From positions 1,178,001 through 1,242,000 of the forward strand of contig CAKKNE010000003.1 in assembly GCA_918797485.1 (NCBI GenBank): a DNA stretch of 64,000 bases, written 5' to 3'. The notes under the pieces are model-generated. The model saw only the letters and a list, made by a program, of their open reading frames with translations. It was not told the DNA's origin and ran no database searches. Every line of letters starts with the position of its first letter. Position 1 is the first letter of the stretch. The DNA is from Pelagomonas calceolata (lineage: Eukaryota). The position numbers and the translations under genes were made by a program. This document shows, one piece after another, positions 56,714 through 64,000 of the stretch.

Positions 56714-57015
56714 TGGATCTCGCGGGACGAGAGCGTCTTCTTCTTGCTGTAGCGGCAGAGCTTGGACGCCTCGAGCGCGATGCGCTCGAATATGTCGTTA
56801 ATGAACGAGTTCATGATGCTCATGCCCTTCTTGGAGATGCCCGTGTCGGGGTGGACTTGCTTGAGGACTCGGTAGATGTACGTAAGAAGAAGACGCTCTC
56901 GTCCCGCGAGATCCAAACGTCTGTCCGCCTCATGCTCCCCGGCGAGTTAAGCAAACACGCTGTCTCCGAGGGCACCAAGGCTGTCACCAAGTTCGAGTCC
57001 GCCTCGTCCAACTAA
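56714..57015. pseudogene. H2B: Rearranged histone H2B copy: middle part inverted (56714-56883, minus), 3' part on plus (56884-57015)
   Basis: Minus: [36 protein letters not shown]...[10 protein letters not shown]. Plus: [37 protein letters not shown]. The N-tail is absent. Confidence 0.93.
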
Positions 57016-57193
57016 ACGATCACAAGGCTGGACCAGTGTGCTTGCACACGTCAGAGTCCAGTCGATCATCCTACCCGGTTTTTCCAAAAACCACCCCTCC
57101 ACACGAAGCAATGCCACAAATATAAATAGATCACAACTCCTACCCGTTTTCAAACCCCTTTCAACAAACGAATCAATACCAACACACTTATTA

Positions 57194-60100
57194 CTATGTA
57201 GACCCCGTAGAATCACGACCACTATCCCCACCAGCACTCTTCCGCGCCAGCTCCGCCAACCGCCGACTCCGCGGCGCCACGGGAGCCAAGCCACCACTCG
57301 TAACCGGCTTCGCCGACGCGACGCGGCGGACCGTAGGCCGCGAGGAAGACGCCGCGGCCGCGGAAGCAGACAACGTCTTGGCCACTTCTTTGGTGGACAG
57401 CGACTTGCGCCTTGATAAACCGTGCTGCCGCAGCTCCTCGCGCCGCAGCCGCGCTTCCTCCTCGTCCGACAACTTCTTGAGCACCGGCGCGCGTTCGGCG
57501 CGCTCGATCGCGGGCCAGGGATCGAACGGACCCCGCACCAACCGCCCGCGCGGCTCCTCGGCGAACACATGCTTCAGGACGCGTTCATCATCTTCAGTGA
57601 CGTCGTCTTCCTCATCATCATAGATGCCGGCCTTCGCGAGAGCGCGCTTGCGCAAAGCCGCGACGTCGCGCGCGTCTGCTAAGGCGTCGCCATCACACAA
57701 GGAATGCCGCTCTACTAACTTGCGCAGAGCCGCATCTTCACTCTCCGTAGGATGGGCGTTGTCCACGGCCTTGGCAGCTCGTAAATAATCAGCTCTCGCA
57801 CCTTGGACGTCATTACCGAGTTCCTTCGAGGTGGCCTTGTAGGCGTCGTCGGCCTCGCGCGCTAGATCTCTCAGCAATTGCCGCCCGTACTGCTGCTGGA
57901 GGTACTCGGAGCGAGAGTCCGCGAACGCGGCGTCGCGCTCGTCCCGTCTTTCCTCCAAGGCAGCCTCTAATGTAGCGACTTTCTTCTTGCGCTCGTCCCG
58001 ACGTTTCTTGAGGGTCTTGTGCTTCTGCGCCGTCTCCTCCAATTGAGCCTTGGACGGGTAGTAGTACGCCGGGTGGCGCCGCTGCTTCGCTGGTAAGGGT
58101 GGTAATTGCTGCGTCCTCCTTTGACCCGTGGCGCCGTCCCAGCCGGCGTTGACGCGGTCGCCCCGTTCGCGAGCTACTAATTCTCTCAGTCTCTCAACCA
58201 ACTGCCGCCGCCACGCCGCCTTCGCGCCGGACGAGTCCAGTTGGAACTTCTCGGGACCTGCGTGGAGATCAAAATTTCACGGCGCGTTCACGCCAGCTCG
58301 ATGGCGTGGCGATGCCGGTTCCTCGCCGCTCGACGGAGCCAGCACGGTGCACCCGACGCACTGGTTGATTTCCACACAGCTCGGGACACGCCGCGTAGAT
58401 CGCCCTAAGCTCGACGACGTCGTAATCGCCCAAATTGCGGAACGAGTCCGCGCCGGCGCCGGCCAGAAAGTTCTGGGTGGCGACGTCGTCAGGGTGCGCC
58501 TGGACCCAGTGGAGCGGCCGCGCGTTCTTCAACCTCTCGGCGAGAGCATACGTGTAGCAGCCGCCCCAGGCCGCCGCAATCGCGAGAGCCTTCTTGTCGG
58601 AGACGGGGGGCTCCTCCGTGGTGTCGCCCTCGGCCTCGCGCTTCCGCCGCTTCGCCTGGGCCGCCGCCTGGGCGACGACGCGCGCCGCGCGGTGCCGCAG
58701 GCCTTCCACGGTGTCGCCCTTGATGTCCGGTGGGACGAGCGTCCTTATTAATGCCAGGGCCGCCGCATTTGCAGCTTCTTCTCTCCGACTCCACTCCCTT
58801 TCTTCTTCAGCTAGCTTGGCGGCGCGATTCGGCGCGTCGCGTTCGCGGGCCCTCCACACGTCCAGCGCGCCTTCGACATCCCGCAAATTCGTCCTGAGTC
58901 GATCGCCTTCCCGCCTTGCTTCTTTGGCTGTCTCTCGTAGCAGAGCTAAAGCGGCCGAGGCGGCCGCGGCGGCGGCGTCGCATTTCAGGATCGTCGCGGA
59001 GGCCCTGCGAGCTTTACCAGCGTGCGACTGGTCGTCGTCGTTTTCGTCCTGCAACGCGTCGACGACGGGCGCCGTGCACGTCTCAACAATCCCAAACTCG
59101 GGCAGCTGGACGGGCAAGCGTGCAGCGTCCGCGGCGGCCCGACTTCGCGCTTTCACGAGCGCCGCTTTCGCGGAAGCGAGGGTCTTGGGCTTCTTCTTGC
59201 GCGGCGCGGACAGCGCGGCCCCGAGGCCGCCGCGGCCCCGCCCGCGGCCCGCGATGGCCGCGAGCAGGCCGCCGGGCGGCGCCGCGCCGCGGCCGCGGCC
59301 CGGAGGGCCGCCGCGGCCGCGGCCGGCGATCGCCGCCAGCAGGCCGCCCGCCATGGGATTGCCCTTGCCCTTGCCTTTGCCAAAGGGATTCGGCGGCCGC
59401 GCCGGCTCCTCGCCTTGCTCCGAGAAGCGGCGCTTCGAGGGATCAACCTGTGTGGACAGCGTGTCGCGTCGATGGCGTCGAGGTGGATTAGATCGGCGCG
59501 CAGGAACCGTCTCAGACTGAAGGCAATATCAGGACGCCGAGGCGGACCGGCTGGGCGGCATCAGGCGCGTCACTAGTATCTTCCGCGTCGCGCGGGAGCG
59601 TCGCCGCCGCGTCGCGCTCTTGTGAATCGTCGTCAACATCAAAAGCTTCGTGGTCACCAACACTTCGAACCGAGTCCTCGCGCGCCATGCTTTGTTTTTC
59701 TTTCACAGGAGACGTCGCCAGAGCGCGCTGAGCGGCGTGCGCCGCCGATTCACGCGAAAACTCCTGAGCAGCAGTACCTCGTGTTACGGAAGACGCCTCG
59801 ACCACGTCCTCCAAAGCCCTCAAAACAGCTACATCATCAGCTAGTTTAGCGACCTGGTCGCACCGCGACTCGTCCCACATCAATCGATCGTAGTCGCCCT
59901 CGGCCTTTTCGCGTTCCGCCTTCGCTAAACCATATGGATCTGCCGTCTCGGTCGACGCGAGCTTCCACTCGAGCTCGTCGTCGTTCAAGCCCGCATGTGC
60001 CTGCAACAACGCCAGCTTCTTCTCGAGGTCCGCGGCGTACTCCGAAATCTCCTCGGGCCGCCTCGCGGACGATGAGGAGGACCGTTTGTCCTCATCACTA

Positions 60101-61197
60101 CCTTCATCCACCACTTTCGGCCGGCCCATGAGGCGCTTCTTGATGCCCTTGGCGCCGCTCGCGAACATCTTCTTGAGCGACTTGCGCTTGGGCGCGGGTC
60201 TATCAGGAGACCTAGCCTCGTCTTCCGTCTCCCATTTGCTCGATGTTGCTGATAATGCGGAGACGGGTTGTACAACGGAAGATGTTGGAGGTGTGACCTC
60301 CTCCCGCAAGACGAGGGGGGCCTTGTGGTCTTCACCATCATCGCTGTGACCGTCGCCTTCTTGATCTCTAGCGTCGGCCTCGGCCCGGTTCAGGGCCGCG
60401 TCGTCGTCGTCGGGTGTAGCGGCGGCTTTCGCGGGCGCCGGCGACGGGGCGCGCGCTTGCGCGGGCGGCGGCGACGGCGCATCCTTCGGCGACGGCGCCG
60501 GGGCGTCGCCGTCGCTGTCGTCGCCCTCTTCGTCAAAGGCCGGCGGCGACGGCGCGCGCGCGGTTTTTGCAGGAGAAAGAGCGTCCACAACCTGAGAAAC
60601 AGCTTGATTTACTTTCGCGGCGGCCTCCTCGATGACCGAAGGCGGCCGCGGGTCGTCGATGAGGTCCTCGATCGACTCCATGATTTCTGCATCGCTCTTC
60701 TCGGCTATAGGCTCCGACGGAGAAGGCGCGGCGGCCGGCGCGGGCGCCTCGTCCTCACTATCCGACGACGAGTCCCGCAGCAGCTCCGCCAAGCGCTTCT
60801 TCGCGTCCGCCCCTACGCCGGCCGCCGCGTCGCGCGCATGTAATCTGGTTGCAGCCGTGCAGTTCATGAGGGGCGACGGCGGGCTTTGAGGCGACGCATC
60901 CAACATACGCTGCAGCGCCGCCGTCGCCGTCGCGGCGCGCTCTTGAAAGCTCGGCGGCGTCGGCGGGAAGGGGTCCGTGTCGGTGCCGTCTCCCTCAGGA
61001 CTCCGCGGCGGCGTCGCCGGCGGCTTGATGGACTCGTGCGTCCACGGCTCGTCACTCGCACCGAAGAGCGGCGACGCGGCCCTCACGAACGCGTCGACGT
61101 CGTCGCCGTCCGCGCCGGGGTCCTCAGCTTGATCGGTGTCCGACGCGAGCAGTTCTTTCAGGGTTGCATTCGTGGCGGTGCCGAAGCCGCGCAGCAT
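57194..61197 (-). CDS. Large low-complexity protein with WH2-like GGLLAAI repeats and a globular C-terminal region (introns 59448-59547, 58258-58387)
   Basis: Three ORFs join in frame through GT-AG introns (AAQP|VDPSK and AC|PEKFQ). Confidence 0.7.
58258..58379. mobile_element. Introner element, 122 bp
   Basis: CTGCGTGGAGATCAA...TTGATTTCCACACAG. Perfect TSD CTCGGGAC at 58250-58257 and 58380-58387. Confidence 0.95.
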
Positions 61198-61208
61198 CGC
61201 TTCACTAA

Positions 61209-61279
61209 TGCGGCACGCGGCGTCGCGCTGCCAAATATAAGCTTCACGTGTGCGGCACGCGGCGTCGCGCTGCTAAATA
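61209..61279. repeat. 29-bp direct repeat, two copies
   Basis: TGCGGCACGCGGCGTCGCGCTGC(C/T)AAATA at 61209 and 61251. Confidence 0.8.
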
Positions 61280-61552
61280 ATAATGTGTGCAGCACTCAGT
61301 GTTCAGTGTTGGCTGGCTGCCGCGCCGCTGCGTCCGCGGTCGAAGCGCTGCAATCAAACGCGGTGCAGTCGGCAGGAACACGTGCGTACGCTTCCGCCCG
61401 CCTCGTTTTAAGCGCTGGGACCAACAACAACAAATGCCGAGGCTGGAGGCCTCATAGATGGAGGTCGCAAGCCATGTCCAAAAGCACACCAGCAGCCGTG
61501 GAGTGACGCCTTCGAGGGCGTGGAAGGCGACGGCGCGACGCGTCCGGGCCGT

Positions 61553-61576
61553 CTAGTGTCTTTACACGCCGCTAGC
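61553..61576 (+). promoter_or_regulatory. Recurrent intergenic CTAG-TGTCTTAC motif
   Basis: CTAGTGTCTTTACACGCCGCTAGC between divergent genes. Confidence 0.6.
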
Positions 61577-61881
61577 TAATCTCGACTCACCAAAACGCCG
61601 GACGCTCGCGCTTGCGCGCTGTCGCGCTGGTAATTGCGGGACGCTGGCCGTACTGGCGATACACGTGTAGCAACGCCTGCGACGTGACGAGGCGCTCGGC
61701 GCGGCTCCGGTAGGCTATTTCGGCCACCGCCTGTTCACGCGTGCGCTTACGCGACGCGCCGCGACGCCGCGGACCGCCGCCGCGCGTGGCCGCCGCGAGA
61801 CGCCCGGCGCCGCACAAAGCAACGCGCCGCGCCGCTCCTGAAAAAAAAATTAGCGCGGGCGCTTGACAACGCGGCGACACC

Positions 61882-63617
61882 ATGAACCCATGGGGCCAGC
61901 CCCAGCAACCCTACAACCCGGCCATGGCCGCCTACTACCAGCAACAACAACAAGCGGCCTACGGCGCCTACCCGCAGCAGCAGTACCAAGCGCAGCCGCA
62001 GTATCAACCAGTCCCGGGCTACCCGCCGCAGCCGCAGTACCCCTACGCGCAGCCCGGGTATGCCTATCCGCCGCAGCAGACGTATGGGGCCGCCCCTGCT
62101 TATTACCCGCAGCCCGTGGTACCAGCAGCACCGGTCGCCGCGCCGCCGGCGCCACCCGCGCCTGCCCCAGCACCAGTAGCTGTGGAATTACCAGAGGGAG
62201 CCAAAGCCCCCATGAACGTGTTTGTGGGCAAATTACCGTTAGACGTCCACGAATCGTGTGTCGAAGCGCTACTCAAGCAGTGCGGCGGCGTGCTCAAGTG
62301 GAAGCGATCGGTCGGTGATAATAATGTTCCCAAGGCGTTTGGGTTTTGCACCTTTAGCGATGCGCAAGGCGCTCTAGCTGCCGTGGAGCTGCTGAATGAA
62401 TTCGACTTGAAAGGGCAAAAAATACAAGTGAAGACGGGCCAGAAGGAGCAGGCTATCCTTGATGACTTGATCACGAAGCGGCGCGCTTTGACGTCGGCGG
62501 CCACGCAGACGTATTCATCGCCTCCTGGGGGGGTCCAACGGACTCCCGCCGACGAGGAGAAATTATCAAGGCTGCGTACTTTTGTATCGACTATAGATAC
62601 GACGAAGCCCGTGCCTGCGGCTGCCCTCGCGTCATTAATGCCGAACGCGCCCGCACCGGGCTCCAAAGAACAAATGATCGCCGAGGAGATGGAGAAGTTC
62701 CGCGAGAAACAAGCGCAACGCGACAAGGAGCTCGAGGACGAGCGCCGACGGAAGCTCCAGGCCAAGGTCCAGGAAGCTCAAGCGTTGGAGAAGACCATAA
62801 GTGCATCATTGGATTCGGCGAAGAAGCGCACGCTGGGCATGAAGGGTGGTCCCGAAAAGCGGCCGAAGCTCGAGACGCCGGCGGCGGTACGTATTTCCCC
62901 TGCTCCCGCCATCGCGTCGACGGCGTGGAGGGCGCCGCCGCCGCCATCGCCGTCGCCGCGGGGCCGCGCCGCGCGAGAGCCAAGCCGTGCTCACGCTACG
63001 CCCCCGTCGCAGACCGCGCTCGCGCCGAACGCGCCCAAGCTCGGCTTCTCGCTTGGCGGCGCGCCGGCGCCGCCGCGGGGCTTCAAGCCCGGGCTGGCTA
63101 CCTCTGCGTTTGGCGCCGAGGAGGCTTCTAAGCCGCGCGTGCTCCAGAAACTCGACGACGACGAGTCCGCGGCGCCAGCGCCCTCTTTATCTGATAATCA
63201 ATCATCCGCGCGCGCGGCCACAGACGAGGATGCCAAAAAGCGCGACCGCGCCATCGCCGAGGCCATCCCGACCGACGCCGACCAGCTCTTCAAGGCCACC
63301 GTGGATTGGGCCGCCGTACGTTCACCGGTGTCCTCTGTATCAACTTGTATCATTGCAACATATAGGTGGAGCGCGCGGGCGTCGTCCAGGCCAAGTTACG
63401 ACCGTGGGTCGCCAAAAAAATCGCCGAGTATCTGGGGGAAGAGGAGCCCACACTGATCAATTACATCTGTTCCTGCTTAGGGCGAAGGGCCAAACCAGAA
63501 GAAATCCGCGACGAGCTCGCACTGGTCTTGGACGAAGACGCGCAGACCATGGTCGTCAAGCTGTGGCGCGTCCTATTGTTCCACGCGGCGAAGGCGGCGC
63601 AGCGCCCCTCTGCGTGA
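61882..63617 (+). CDS. RBM25: RBM25/Snu71-like splicing factor, RRM plus PWI (introns 62887-63012, 63316-63365)
   Basis: RRM NVFVGKL...WKR...AFGFCTF. PWI AIPT...LF..VDW|...LRPWVAKKIAEYLGEEEPTL...VVKLWRVLLF. Confidence 0.9.
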
Positions 63618-63916
63618 AAAATATTTTCGCGGGCGTTTTCTCTTACCCTTTCCGGCGTTCCTTCTGGCAGGTCCCGCGGCGGCGGCGAGCGATAGCGGTG
63701 ATCCGGGCGGCGTTGCGCGCTCGGCTGAATGTGTTCTTAACCTAAGACTCTCTAGACTAGGTTGCGCGTCGCGTCGCGCCGGTCCGCTCCTAGAGTTAGT
63801 CCGTCCGCTCCTAGAAGTGGCGGCGAAAAAGCAGCTGCACCTCGTTCTCTGTACGACGATGCTAGGATTAATCCTGTTACCGTGCTACAGAGGCGTACAA
63901 GCTCGTACCTTGTTTC

Positions 63917-63939
63917 CTAGTGTGTTACAGACCGCTAGC
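63917..63939 (+). promoter_or_regulatory. Recurrent intergenic CTAG-TGTCTTAC motif
   Basis: CTAGTGTGTTACAGACCGCTAGC. Confidence 0.6.
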
Positions 63940-64000
63940 CACTCTTGTCGTCGAGCTTCGCGAGTAGCGAGCTGGTGCAGAGCAGAGCTCGCAAGGAAGA

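Noticed and set aside
1..64000. tRNA, rRNA or autonomous transposase genes
   Set aside because: None recognisable by eye. tRNAscan/Infernal would be needed to exclude small RNAs.

Overview
GC-rich, gene-dense eukaryotic DNA with about 30 genes and short introns. It is most likely from a pelagophyte alga (Pelagomonas/Aureococcus-like). That is an inference from an LHC antenna gene, plastid-type leaders, many GC-AG introns and introner elements. Recognisable genes: BEACH-WD40 protein, peroxiredoxin-5, mitoferrin, LHC, LeuRS, Fused/STK36 kinase, RPC1, UBE2K, peptide deformylase, CPBP protease-like, METTL21-like, GT14, kinesin-9, MRS2, FABP-like, CCB2/4, RFC3 and RBM25. Highlights: (1) Prx5 has an in-frame TGA at the peroxidatic Cys and a SECIS-like hairpin, so it is a probable selenoprotein. 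(2) A roughly 22-bp CTAG-TGTCTTAC..CCG-CTAG motif occurs once in 11 intergenic regions, mostly promoter-side. (3) A family of intron-making transposons carries TIRs and 8-bp TSDs, and one copy has lost its AG acceptor. (4) A roughly 2390-aa SMCHD1/GMI1-like protein joins a GHKL ATPase to an SMC hinge. (5) A 5'-inverted histone H2B copy. (6) An FAD oxidoreductase fused to a choline/ethanolamine kinase. (7) Several orphan gene fragments lie between convergent genes. All splice sites were deduced by hand from reading frame and motif continuity, not from transcripts.
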